From an uncultured Planctomycetaceae bacterium (GTDB lineage: Bacteria > Planctomycetota > Planctomycetia > Pirellulales > Thermoguttaceae): a stretch of 64,000 nt of DNA. Made by a program: the position numbers and the translations under genes. Shown piece after piece: positions 8,543-17,503 of the stretch. Positions within the stretch are counted from its first letter, which is position 1; every line of letters begins with the position of its first letter. The notes under the pieces were generated by a model. That model searched no databases and was not told where the DNA came from. It saw only the letters and a list, made by a program, of their open reading frames with translations. The stretch is taken from contig CAWDLR010000003.1 of assembly GCA_963803125.1 (NCBI GenBank), positions 2,579,548-2,643,547 of the forward strand, in the 5' to 3' direction.

Positions 8543-10231
8543 CTATTTGCCTTTGCCCGAAGTGCCGCCGCCGGCTTTGCCACCGCCGCTGCCCCCGCCT
8601 TTGCCTCCGGTGCCGCTACCAGTCCCGCCTCCTCCGGTGGTTCCGCCCTTGCCTCCTCCGGCGGTTCCTCCCTTGCCTCCTCCGGCGGTTCCTCCCTTGC
8701 CTCCTCCGGCGGTTCCACCCTTGCCTCCTCCGCCACCGCCTGTACCGCCTCCGCTGTTACGGCTGCCGCCGGTAGGCGACGTTGTCGTGCCGGCGCCGGA
8801 GGTGGTGCCGCCGGCGGTGCTGCCGCCCAAAGCCGGGCTGCCTTGGGCGTTTGGCAGATCGACAAGCATGTCGTAGACGGTGAACGAAGCGGCGCCGCCG
8901 GCCGCGGCCGTGGGGGTGGCCGGTCTCGGCGATGCCCGCTGGATCGTGATCGCCACTCGGATCGCGCTAGGCAATCCGCCTTCGGTATTGGAATCCCATT
9001 GTTCATAGGTGGTCGAGCCGGCGTAGTAGGTGAATTGCAGATTGGCGACCTCCGGGGCCATTTTGGCGATGCCTTGAGTCAAGAGATCCGACTGCCCTTG
9101 TTGCATCGCGGCGACGTAGGCCGTTCGATCGATCTCGCGGCGATACAATCCGGTCCCCGTCGAGCTGTCGCCGCGTTGCAGCGGCGTAGCCGTGCCCGGA
9201 TCGCCGAGACTATAGGTCACCGTCTTCACGTCGCTAAGCGCCATGTAGTCTGCCGGGTCGCCATTGACCGGCATTGCCATGCCAATCGGCCGCACGCGGC
9301 GGGTCGTGTCCATTTGCAGGCACTGGGCCGTGCCGGAGATTCCGCTGGGAATCAAGTTGCCGGAATCGGACGAATCGGACCCTGTCGAGGTCCCGCTCGC
9401 CGTCGAAGCTGCCGCCGTCGTCGAAGTCGCCGCCGTGGACCCGGCGGACGTTCCCCCCATCGTCAAGGTGCCGTTCGCCTGGGAGTAGGGGACGGAGTTG
9501 CGGAGATCCTCGGCGATGTGTTGCAGCAGCGTCCGCGCCAGTTGGGCCTCTTCGACCTGCCCGCGACTCTTGTCGGCCACGCCAAGATGGATGTGCATGG
9601 CCATGCCGATCAGGCCAAGAATGACCGTGGTTAGCGCCAGGGCGAGAATCACCTCCAGGAGCGTGTAGGCCGAGTGCTTGCGGCACCCCCCCTCTCCGCC
9701 GATCGTGCGGCCCTTTTCACTAGCCCAGGCGTTGTCGTCTGCGGCAAACACGCGGCCCTTTTCACTAGCCCAGGCGTTTACGCCTGGGAAGCGAGGGCCT
9801 CTGCCAATGTTCTCACTTTTCTCTTCAGCCCCCTTCAGGGGGTGGCGATCGGCTGGTTGGTGAATCGTGGCGCGAGAGCGGCTCGGTTGCGTCCCCTGAA
9901 GGGGACTGGAAAGAAAAAGGGAATAATTCCCGGCCTCCTCTTCCCCAGGCGTAAACGCCTGGGCTAGTGAAAAGGGACGCCCGCACAAGTGACGCGAAGA
10001 CACTGTACCCCGGCAACGCCGCAATCGTGAAAACGCACGATTCGCCGCCTCCTTTTCCCCAGGCGTAAACGCCTGGGCTAGTGAAAAGGGACGCCCGCAC
10101 AAGTGACGCGAAGACACTGTACCCCGGCAACGCCGCAATCGTGAAAACGCACGATTCGCCGCCCCTTCTTCCCCAGGCGTAAACGCCTGGGCTGGTGAAA
10201 AGGCACGTCTGGATCGGTTGCGGCGTTTCAT
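8543..10231 (-). CDS. GspJ-like minor pseudopilin with REP-derived N-terminal extension and Gly/Lys-rich tail
   Basis: ATG 10231 overlaps the upstream stop (ATGA). Pseudopilin hydrophobic segment YTLLEVILALALTTVILGLIGMA starts only at about 9667. Residues 1-188 are encoded by REP units. An alternative in-frame GTG exists at about 9751. The C-terminus carries GGKGGTAG repeats (24-nt period, 8646-8717). Confidence 0.6.
   Translation of the reverse strand: MKRRNRSRRAFSPAQAFTPGEEGAANRAFSRLRRCRGTVSSRHLCGRPFSLAQAFTPGEKEAANRAFSRLRRCRGTVSSRHLCGRPFSLAQAFTPGEEEAGNYSLFLSSPLQGTQPSRSRATIHQPADRHPLKGAEEKSENIGRGPRFPGVNAWASEKGRVFAADDNAWASEKGRTIGGEGGCRKHSAYTLLEVILALALTTVILGLIGMAMHIHLGVADKSRGQVEEAQLARTLLQHIAEDLRNSVPYSQANGTLTMGGTSAGSTAATSTTAAASTASGTSTGSDSSDSGNLIPSGISGTAQCLQMDTTRRVRPIGMAMPVNGDPADYMALSDVKTVTYSLGDPGTATPLQRGDSSTGTGLYRREIDRTAYVAAMQQGQSDLLTQGIAKMAPEVANLQFTYYAGSTTYEQWDSNTEGGLPSAIRVAITIQRASPRPATPTAAAGGAASFTVYDMLVDLPNAQGSPALGGSTAGGTTSGAGTTTSPTGGSRNSGGGTGGGGGGKGGTAGGGKGGTAGGGKGGTAGGGKGGTTGGGGTGSGTGGKGGGSGGGKAGGGTSGKGK
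9709..10205. repeat. REP family A array including a 114-bp tandem unit (starts 9943, 10057, 10171)
   Basis: Repeated CCCAGGCGTAAACGCCTGGGCTAGTGAAAAG units. Two full 114-bp copies plus a partial copy. All lie inside the 5' part of the gspJ-like ORF. Confidence 0.85.
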
Positions 10232-10707
10232 TGTCCGGAGGCCCCTGACGATGAGGAATTGCCACCTGATCCGCTGCTGCTGTTGTTGCTGCTGCCGCTT
10301 TCACTGGAAGACGTATAGTTGGGGTCGGGAATCCAGCGGACCAGCGAGAAACTGACGGGGTGTTGTGCCGCCGGGAGATTGCGGGTTACGGTGACGCAGA
10401 CGGCGATCAAACCGTCTTCATCAGTCGTTTGCGTGTCGATGGAGAAGAGCCAGCCCGGCACGCTGGGGTCGAGCGAAGCGGTCATCGTCGAATCGAAGGG
10501 CGTGGCGCTGACCTGCTCGGCCGGGGTGATGCCGATGGTCACTTCGGCCATCTTGCTTTCGCAGAGGAGTTGGGCGTGGGCCAGATCGCGGGCGATCTGG
10601 GCATTTCGCAGCGCCAGGCGGCCAGATTCTCCCAGCACGGCGATCGAACCGGCCAGCACGGCCAGGGCGAGAATCACTTCCAGCAGAGAGAAACCGCCCT
10701 TTCGCAT
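10228..10707 (-). CDS. GspI-like minor pseudopilin
   Basis: Short leader plus prepilin motif (MRKGGFSLLEVILALAVLAGSIAVL). Ser/Gly/Asn-rich tail. Confidence 0.7.
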   Translation of the reverse strand: MRKGGFSLLEVILALAVLAGSIAVLGESGRLALRNAQIARDLAHAQLLCESKMAEVTIGITPAEQVSATPFDSTMTASLDPSVPGWLFSIDTQTTDEDGLIAVCVTVTRNLPAAQHPVSFSLVRWIPDPNYTSSSESGSSNNSSSGSGGNSSSSGASGQ

Positions 10708-10713
10708 TGGCCG

Positions 10714-11556
10714 CTACTCCAAGGTCGAGCCCGCGTCGGCAACCGTCGCCGTGGCCGTGCTCCCTCGCAGCATAACGCGCAACGCGTAGCTCTGGTTGCA
10801 ACTTAAGATCAACTGAACGTCCGAGGCGGTCCCGTCCGGGTAGAAGAAGATCGGCTCGGACCAGCCGGCGGCCGGCTGATTTTGCGCGGAGGCCGCCGAA
10901 GGCGCTGTGGTCGTGTTCTCGGCAGGCTGCTGGCCGAGGAACTTGACCCCCGTCGGCAGCGTCTTGTTCTCGACGGGTGCAGCGGCATCGGCGGGGGAGG
11001 GCGTGTTGCCGCCGGTCGAACTCGCCGACGCTGGCGCGCCGGTGGCGGTGTTTGCCTCCGGTCCGCGATCCGGCTCGCTGTAGTAATGATCGCCGCCCAC
11101 CTCGTAGCGAAAGGCGTAGGTGCGGCCGGAGCGCATCGCCTCGGTGCGGGCCTGACACCACTCGGTGCGGACTTCGTCGGCCGCCGAGTGCAGACGACGG
11201 TAGGCCAACGGCTTTTCCAGCGCCGGCCAGACCAGCGCCGCCACGATCACCACAATTGCCACTACCAGCAGAACCTCGACCAAGGTGAATCCGTCGCTTG
11301 CCTCTGGTTCCCACGCTCTGCGTGGGAACCGCCCGCCCTTGCCACGTCTTCCTGGTTCCCACGCTCTGCGAGGGAACCGGCTCCCGTCGTCACCCGCCCA
11401 GGCCGTTCCCACGCGGAGCGTGGGAACGAGGAAAGCGCGGAGCGCGGGAACGAGGAGAGCGCGGAGCGTGGGAACGAGGAAAGCGCGGAGCGCGGGAACG
11501 AGGAGAGCGCGGAGCGAGGAAACCAAGAAGGATGTCCATCCATGACGATATCTCAC
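10714..11556 (-). CDS. GspH-like minor pseudopilin with REP-derived N-terminal extension
   Basis: GTG 11556 overlaps the gspG stop (GTGA). The prepilin motif GFTLVEVLLVVAIVVIVAAL begins at codon 89 (11292). Codons 1-88 are REP family C units. Confidence 0.6.
   Translation of the reverse strand: MRYRHGWTSFLVSSLRALLVPALRAFLVPTLRALLVPALRAFLVPTLRVGTAWAGDDGSRFPRRAWEPGRRGKGGRFPRRAWEPEASDGFTLVEVLLVVAIVVIVAALVWPALEKPLAYRRLHSAADEVRTEWCQARTEAMRSGRTYAFRYEVGGDHYYSEPDRGPEANTATGAPASASSTGGNTPSPADAAAPVENKTLPTGVKFLGQQPAENTTTAPSAASAQNQPAAGWSEPIFFYPDGTASDVQLILSCNQSYALRVMLRGSTATATVADAGSTLE
11307..11525. repeat. REP family C array (GTTCCCACGC-NNN-GCGTGGGAAC)
   Basis: Units at 11307-11331, 11354-11378 and 11405-11427, plus short tandem GAGGA(A/G)AGCGCGGAGCG(C/T)GGGAAC repeats to about 11525. 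Lies inside the 5' part of the gspH-like ORF. Confidence 0.85.
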
Positions 11557-11990
11557 CGCGCTGCCTCCTCATTCCAGTTTCCAATATCATCCGGCGTGCC
11601 GTTGACACGGTCGGGGCCAAAAGACCAGACGTCGAAGCTGTCTGGGTTATGCTGCCCGGGACACTGGTACTGATACGGATTGCCCCAGGGATCGGGCGGA
11701 ATATCACTGTCCAGGTACGGTCCCGCCCATTTGGTCGGGTCGGGAAGATCTTGGGGGCAGCTTCGCAGCGCCTGAAGGCTTGTGGGGAAGGAATTGACGG
11801 TTCCTTCGTAGGTCTGTATGGCGCTCTTTAGCAGCAGAACCTGCGCCTTCGCCGCTGCTTTGTTCGTTCTGGCGCGGACGCCCGAGTACGTCCCGACCGC
11901 GAACGAAGCCAGGATGACCAGAATCGTCATGACCAACAATACTTCCATCAGGGTGAAACCACCCTTTTGCCGCGGGGGCGATCGCATCAT
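11553..11990 (-). CDS. gspG: Type II secretion major pseudopilin GspG
   Basis: ATG 11990 preceded by GAGGAG. Leader and motif MMRSPPRQKGGFTLMEVLLVMTILVILA. Classical GspG signature DPWGNPYQY. Confidence 0.85.
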   Translation of the reverse strand: MMRSPPRQKGGFTLMEVLLVMTILVILASFAVGTYSGVRARTNKAAAKAQVLLLKSAIQTYEGTVNSFPTSLQALRSCPQDLPDPTKWAGPYLDSDIPPDPWGNPYQYQCPGQHNPDSFDVWSFGPDRVNGTPDDIGNWNEEAAR

Positions 11991-12093
11991 GTCCAACTCC
12001 TCTTCTGTCGGGGGATAGCGACCACTATCATACTGCGGCCGGCGTGAATTATCAAGCGCATGCCAGCACCGGCCATGGCCGATCAGTTTTCGC

Positions 12094-12176
12094 TGTAGGA
12101 GGCGACTCCTGTCGCCGATTTGCCGCGGTTTCGGCCGGGCGGCACTCCAAATCGGCGACAGGAGTCGCCTCCTACA
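12094..12176. repeat. REP family D pair (TGTAGGAGGCGACTCCTGTCGCCGAT)
   Basis: Arms at 12094-12119 and 12151-12176. The same family occurs at 28547-28618 and 43441-43513. Confidence 0.85.
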
Positions 12177-12461
12177 ATCCCCAAACTGAACAACTGAGCG
12201 GCCCTGCAGCGCCGGCCACAGAGCGCCATCCTCATGATTTAACCCCGCCCAGGGGAGATTGGGTCGCAAATACGCAAATGTTATAATAGACGGTCATAAT
12301 ACCTGTTTCGTTCCGCCTGAAAGAAGATTGGAAGCCTGGCAACCGGGGGATATGCTGTAGCATTCCGGTGTAGAACATCGCTTTGCACCCCCGAGCCCGC
12401 CCAATTACGCTGGTAGATGGCTCTCGTGCGACCGAAATCTTCGGTCTCTTGCTGTCCGCCC

Positions 12462-13658
12462 ATGAGTGAAACGCCGCGCGTCGTCCTAATGGTGATTCCA
12501 TCCTCCGCCTACGATCGTGGGCTGCTGGAGGGGATCACCTCCTATGCGCAGATTCATGGGCCCTGGGTTTTCTTGCTCTCCGGCGATCATCCCGACCTGC
12601 CGATCCCCGCTTCCGACAGCCTTAGCGGAGACCTCTCGGAAGAGGAGCATCGGAGCAGCGGCAAGGTGGCTGCCGCCACCCCCAGTTTTGAGCGGCTAAA
12701 CGCGACGGGGCTCATTGGCAGGATATCAAATCCGTTGACGGCGAAGCGACTGCTCTCGGCAGGATTGCCGGCGGTCGCCAGCTTCGCCTTGGCAAACGCC
12801 GACATCGAACGCCTGCTGCTCCGCTCGAAGGCATCGGAAATCGTCGCCGACGCGGCGCGGACGGGGCAATTCGCCGCCGAACATTTTCTCGATCGTGGGT
12901 TCTGGAACTACGCCTTCTGCGGTTACGAAGGTCGCGCCTGGGTCGAGCGTCGCCTGGAGGGATTTGCCGAGCGGCGGCTGGTCTGGAAGCAGGAGGTGCC
13001 GCGGGTCGTGGCCTGGCTGAAATCGCTGCCGCGCCCCGTGGCGGTGATGGCCTGCAACGATAAGCGCGGGCGACAGGTCATCGAGGCCTGCCTGCTCGCC
13101 GGGCTGAAGGTGCCGGAGGAGGTGGCGGTCGTCGGCGTCGACAACGATCACCTCTTCGGCAATCTCTCCAACCCGCCACTGTCGAGCGTCGCCCTGAACC
13201 TGAGCAAGGCAGGTTACCAGGCCGCCGAACTGCTCGATCAGTTGATGCGCGGCGCCGTGCGAAAGCCGCGGCAAATCGTGATCGAGCCGCTCTGGGTCGT
13301 GCCGCGCCGCTCCTCCGACGTGATCGCCGTCGACGATCCTCATCTGGCGATCGCCCTGCACTTCATCCGCGAACATGCCAAGGAAACCATCGGCGTGGAC
13401 GACGTGGTTGAACAGGCGGGAATCTCGCGCCGCGGTCTGGAGATTCGCTTCCACAACGTCTTGCGGCGCTCGATCCGCGGCGAAATCCAGCGGGTGCGGC
13501 TCGCGCAAGTCAGACAATTGCTGACGGAAACAAACCTCTCGGTCGATCGAATCGCCCAGCTTACCAGCTTTTGCAGCGTCTCGCACCTCGGCGGCGTCTT
13601 TCGCCATGAATTCGGGGCGACGCCCGCTCAGTTTCGCCGTCGTACCCGCGCCTTCTGA
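12462..13658 (+). CDS. XylR-like regulator (periplasmic-binding-protein-type sugar domain plus AraC-type HTH)
   Basis: N-terminal LacI/PBP-like fold (RVVLMVIPSSAYDRGLLEGI ... VAVMACNDKRG ... VAVVGVDND). C-terminal AraC HTH (VDDVVEQAGISRRGLEIRF ... SVSHLGGVFRHEFGATPAQFRRR). Confidence 0.75.
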   Translation: MSETPRVVLMVIPSSAYDRGLLEGITSYAQIHGPWVFLLSGDHPDLPIPASDSLSGDLSEEEHRSSGKVAAATPSFERLNATGLIGRISNPLTAKRLLSAGLPAVASFALANADIERLLLRSKASEIVADAARTGQFAAEHFLDRGFWNYAFCGYEGRAWVERRLEGFAERRLVWKQEVPRVVAWLKSLPRPVAVMACNDKRGRQVIEACLLAGLKVPEEVAVVGVDNDHLFGNLSNPPLSSVALNLSKAGYQAAELLDQLMRGAVRKPRQIVIEPLWVVPRRSSDVIAVDDPHLAIALHFIREHAKETIGVDDVVEQAGISRRGLEIRFHNVLRRSIRGEIQRVRLAQVRQLLTETNLSVDRIAQLTSFCSVSHLGGVFRHEFGATPAQFRRRTRAF

Positions 13659-13702
13659 GGAGCACGCGCCAAAACGCCATTCTCGCCACGCCGAGAATGC
13701 GG

Positions 13703-14413
13703 CTATTCTCCGGCGAACATGGCGGCTTCGGCCGACTGGGCGGCGCGATCGACGTGCCGTGCCATCGCCCGGGCAGTGGCGGCGGCGTTGCCGGCAAGCA
13801 TGGCGTTGACGATCGCGGCGTGTTCCTTGACCGCTTCGTTGGCGGCCCGGCGGCGGTTGCCTACCACGTCGCGCAGGACTTGCATCAGGCTGTCGTAGCG
13901 GCGGATGTCCTCGATCAGGCGGGTGTTGCCGCAACTGTTGCAGATCATCGCGTGCAGCCTGCGATCGGCGAGCATCTCCCGCTCCAGCCACTTGCCGCCG
14001 CGGGTTTGGCCGGTCAGGCCCCGCAGCTCGTCTCGCAGCTCGACGAGTTGCCGTCGATCGACGCGGCGACACGCCAGCCGCGCCGCCTCGGTTTCCAGAA
14101 TCCGCCGCAGGTGAAAGATCTCGCGAAGCTGCTCCGGCCCGAAGGGCTTGACGATCGCCCCGCGGTTGTGCACGAAATGGACCACGCCGTTGGCTTCCAG
14201 TTCCAGCAGGGCTTCTCGCACCGGCGTGGAACTGAGCTGGAAGCGATCGGCGAGATTCTGGATGATCAGCCGCGCGCCGGCGGGCAATTTGCCCTGGAAG
14301 ATGTCGGCCAGCAGCCGTTTCGCCAGTTCGTGCCGCAGCGCGCCGTGCGCGAGGGACTGCCCATCTCCATGCGCCTCGATCGATCGCGGCGGCGGCGTTT
14401 GCTTCCTTAACAT
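13703..14413 (-). CDS. GntR-family (FadR/FCD-type) transcriptional regulator
   Basis: ATG 14413. wHTH (LPAGARLIIQNLADRFQLSSTPVREALLELEANGVV) followed by an all-helical FCD-like domain. Confidence 0.8.
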   Translation of the reverse strand: MLRKQTPPPRSIEAHGDGQSLAHGALRHELAKRLLADIFQGKLPAGARLIIQNLADRFQLSSTPVREALLELEANGVVHFVHNRGAIVKPFGPEQLREIFHLRRILETEAARLACRRVDRRQLVELRDELRGLTGQTRGGKWLEREMLADRRLHAMICNSCGNTRLIEDIRRYDSLMQVLRDVVGNRRRAANEAVKEHAAIVNAMLAGNAAATARAMARHVDRAAQSAEAAMFAGE

Positions 14414-14489
14414 GACGGAACCGTCTCCAGGACCAGCGTCCCCAAGGGAATTGTAGCATTGCACGCTGCATGATGTACAGGTCGTGGGG

Positions 14490-14516
14490 TGCGCAAAAAT
14501 GATGTTCTTTTGCGCA
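14490..14516. promoter_or_regulatory. Perfect 9-bp inverted repeat in the gntR / PEP-CTERM divergent intergenic region (candidate operator)
   Basis: TGCGCAAAA-N9-TTTTGCGCA, in an AT-rich stretch between 14413 and 14635. Confidence 0.4.
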
Positions 14517-14634
14517 AACAATGCTATCCGATGGTTTTCCGCGGCATTATACATAATGTACGGTTTATGCCTTGTATGAGAAAGGCGCCGTCGCGCTGCT
14601 CTCTTTCACCATTTCACATGCGGAGGAACGACCT

Positions 14635-15450
14635 ATGAAACGCTACTTGCTCACCGCGTTGCTGGCGGCCGCGGCAACGCTCGCCGCCGGCAGTTTGGCC
14701 CGCGGCAACATCGTCGTCGGCGGCTACTACCACCTCGGTGAAAGCGATCCCGGCGCCGCCGACGGCCTGCTGGGAGATGCTTCGTCCTTGGATTCCAGCG
14801 GAAATGGCAACAATCTGACGTACTGGCAAGGCCATCAGACGTACTCGTCGAGCGTGGCTGCTTCCGCCGCTTCTGCAACCGGCAGCCACCTGTCGATGAG
14901 CTTTGCAGGGGACGGATTCTACTTGCATACCGGCAGTGCACTGACGGTCAACACCGACAACTTCGGCATCGAAGGCTGGTTCAAGGTGAACGACCTGTCG
15001 CAACAGGGGCTGGCCGACAATGGAGACGCATTCGACGGCGGATTCGGACTGTATATTCTTGGCGGACACATCCAAGGCCTTTATAACCAAGTGGCTCTGT
15101 TTGACACCGGCATCACTCCTACGGTGGGCCAGTGGTTCTACGTGGCGATGGTCAGAGACGCCGGCGACACAAAGATGTATGTCAACAGCACTACACCCAT
15201 CGATTTCGGCAGCACTTACGCCCCTCGTTCCCCTGATCCGCAGTTTTCGCTCGGCGTCGCCGGGTATGATTTTCTGCACGGCTCGGCCGACGAGGTCCGC
15301 GTGTTCGCCTTTGGTTCGCAATTCGGATACAACTTCAATGCGAACACCGATCTGTTGATCGGACAATCAGTTCCGGAGCCATCGACATTGACGCTGCTGA
15401 CCGTGACCTTGTTCGGTCTTGCGGCTTGTGCGTGGCGCAAACGAAAGTAG
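14635..15450 (+). CDS. PEP-CTERM-anchored LamG/concanavalin-like domain protein
   Basis: GGAGGA 7 nt upstream of ATG 14635. Signal peptide. LamG-like core (FGIEGWFKV ... WFYVAMVRDAGDTKMYVN ... ADEVRVF). C-terminal VPEPSTLTLL..WRKRK. Confidence 0.7.
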   Translation: MKRYLLTALLAAAATLAAGSLARGNIVVGGYYHLGESDPGAADGLLGDASSLDSSGNGNNLTYWQGHQTYSSSVAASAASATGSHLSMSFAGDGFYLHTGSALTVNTDNFGIEGWFKVNDLSQQGLADNGDAFDGGFGLYILGGHIQGLYNQVALFDTGITPTVGQWFYVAMVRDAGDTKMYVNSTTPIDFGSTYAPRSPDPQFSLGVAGYDFLHGSADEVRVFAFGSQFGYNFNANTDLLIGQSVPEPSTLTLLTVTLFGLAACAWRKRK

Positions 15451-15655
15451 TCCCCAAACGAACAGGGCCGTGGCGCCTTGTCGAATCGCAATACATGCAA
15501 AGTCCGCTGGGGCGGTTCATTCTCCCGTCGGTGCCAAGCAAGTGTTTGCATCGACGGGAGAATGAACCCCGCCCCGGGGCTTTGCCGGCCGCGTGTAGTG
15601 GCGAACGCCGCAAGACAGTGATTGTGGCAACGAGAATAATCTCTGCTTCTTCTGA

Positions 15656-17503
15656 ATGAAAAGGACCGTTCCGATGAGATCGATTTGCCGCACTCTCGCG
15701 TTGATGGTTGCTTTCGGCCCGGTTTTGTGCGTACATGCCGACACGGCACACGATCTCAACGAGGCTGGATTCTGGTTGGAGGCGAAATCCCAGCAACTGG
15801 TGCGGCAATCACAAGTGACGATGAGCAACGGCACTTCGGGATTCGAACCTGCCGCAAGCGGCTACTATCCCGCGTTCTGGACACGCGACTATGCCTATAT
15901 GGTGGAAGGCTGTCCGGAGGCGTTTACGAATACCGAACTCACCAACTCGTGTCTGACGTTTGTCAATAACATCGGCGCCTACAACGGCGTCGCCAATACG
16001 GCGATCGAGTGCATCAAGCCCGATGGCACCGTATACCATAAGCCTGGATGGGACACGATGGGAACCAACGCCACGGCCGACAACTCCCAATTCACCGTCG
16101 ACATCGCTTGGCGGACCTATCAGGTCACGAAGAACACCGCCCTGGTCAACCAAATTATCGACAAGCTCCAGGCCACGATGAACTCCGTCCCGCGTTCCGC
16201 CAACGGATTGGTCTATATCGATCCGACCCAGGCGTGGGACCGTTGCCCTTATGGATTCACCGATAGCGTGAAGAAGACGGGCAATGAGTTGTACTGCTCG
16301 CTTTTGGACGTTCGGGCCAGCAAGGAATTGGCCGACCTGTTGGACGTGGCGGGGCGACCGGCCGACGCGGCGACTTGGCGGGCCGCCGCCGCCAGCAAGA
16401 CCGCCGCCATCCAAACCACGTTCTGGGATCCGAGCAACACGGCGTCCAACCCGGGCTTGTTCTACGCAGCTACCGTCAAGTGCCATCAATTCGACGTTTG
16501 GGGGTCCGCGCTTGCGGTCCAATTGGGCGTGGCCACGCCCGATCAGGCGGCTTCCATCGCCAATTACTTCAATAACAACTACTCCACCATGGTTCTGTCG
16601 GGCCAAATCCGCGAAATCCCCACGCCTCTCTACTGGCAGGATTCGGTCTGCGGCCAGGGGACCAATCAGAACGGCGGCTACTGGGGCGTGGCCACCGGCC
16701 AGTTCGCCGCCGCATTGAACGCCGCCAATCCGGGCAAAGCCCAACAAACGCTGCTCGACATGGTCAACTTCTATAAGACGAGCAACGCGGTGCCGGAGTT
16801 CACGGACACCGGCAACGTGCTGGGCGGCGCTTCGTCGTACGTTTCAAGCGCCACGTTGCCCTTGGCGCAATTCAAGCAATACATGACCGCGCAACCGGTG
16901 CTCGCGTCGATGGGCGGAAGCTTGACGGCCGCGAAGGACATCGCCTTGGCGTCGAACGGCGGGACGGCTTTCGCCAAGGACTGCATTACCGGCTTCACGC
17001 AGCACTCCATCGCCCATCTCAACGACGGCATCTACGGCAACAGCAACAGTTGGATCGGCAATGGCCAATCCGATTTCGCCGGCGTGGCGTTCAAGCAGGC
17101 GTGTACGATCGACGCGCTGGCCTTCGGTCGCGACAACGGCGGCGAATCGACCGTCTACACCGACCGCTATACCGGCACCTACATCTTCCAGTACACGCGG
17201 GCCGCCAACCCCAACGCCAGCACGCCCGACAGCCAGTGGACCTCGTTCGGCGCGTTCTATCTCGACGCCGATTTTCCCAACACCATCAACCAGGATCGCC
17301 ACGTCTACGACTTCGATCCGATTTCCGGGATCACCGGGGTGCGGATTCTGACCTGCTCCGACGCCAACAATTTTGCCAGCTACATCTGCATCGACGAAAT
17401 CGAGGTCTACGCCGCGCCGGTACCCGAGCCGGGAACGCTGGCCCTGTTGGCGGCGGCTGGTCTGGCCGTCCTCGTCGGGTTTGCCTGGCGGCGTCGCAGG
17501 TGA
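15656..17503 (+). CDS. PEP-CTERM-anchored putative glycoside hydrolase with discoidin-like domain
   Basis: Signal peptide. Large globular domain of (alpha/alpha)6-like appearance. C-terminal F5/8-type-C-like region (HLNDGIYGNSNSWIG ... ICIDEIEVY). PVPEPGTLALL..WRRRR sorting signal. The catalytic family is not assignable by eye. Confidence 0.55.
   Translation: MKRTVPMRSICRTLALMVAFGPVLCVHADTAHDLNEAGFWLEAKSQQLVRQSQVTMSNGTSGFEPAASGYYPAFWTRDYAYMVEGCPEAFTNTELTNSCLTFVNNIGAYNGVANTAIECIKPDGTVYHKPGWDTMGTNATADNSQFTVDIAWRTYQVTKNTALVNQIIDKLQATMNSVPRSANGLVYIDPTQAWDRCPYGFTDSVKKTGNELYCSLLDVRASKELADLLDVAGRPADAATWRAAAASKTAAIQTTFWDPSNTASNPGLFYAATVKCHQFDVWGSALAVQLGVATPDQAASIANYFNNNYSTMVLSGQIREIPTPLYWQDSVCGQGTNQNGGYWGVATGQFAAALNAANPGKAQQTLLDMVNFYKTSNAVPEFTDTGNVLGGASSYVSSATLPLAQFKQYMTAQPVLASMGGSLTAAKDIALASNGGTAFAKDCITGFTQHSIAHLNDGIYGNSNSWIGNGQSDFAGVAFKQACTIDALAFGRDNGGESTVYTDRYTGTYIFQYTRAANPNASTPDSQWTSFGAFYLDADFPNTINQDRHVYDFDPISGITGVRILTCSDANNFASYICIDEIEVYAAPVPEPGTLALLAAAGLAVLVGFAWRRRR

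Noticed and set aside
8159-9634. 491-aa + strand ORF across gspK and the gspJ-like gene
   Set aside because: Antisense to genes with clear pseudopilin features. Low-complexity Ala/Gly/Arg content and no recognisable motifs.
9667-12290. Peptides such as FSLAQAFTPGE, VPTLRVGT/FPRSAWE and IGDRSRLLQ appearing in many ORF-track entries, considered as a protein repeat family
   Set aside because: They are translations of REP DNA palindromes in whichever frame happens to be open. Most ORFs carrying them are intergenic artefacts, for example 9825-10304, 11262-11543 and 12044-12286.
12726-14471. 581-aa - strand ORF overlapping the XylR-like and GntR genes
   Set aside because: Arg/Pro/Ala-rich nonsense-like sequence. 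It conflicts with two motif-supported regulators.
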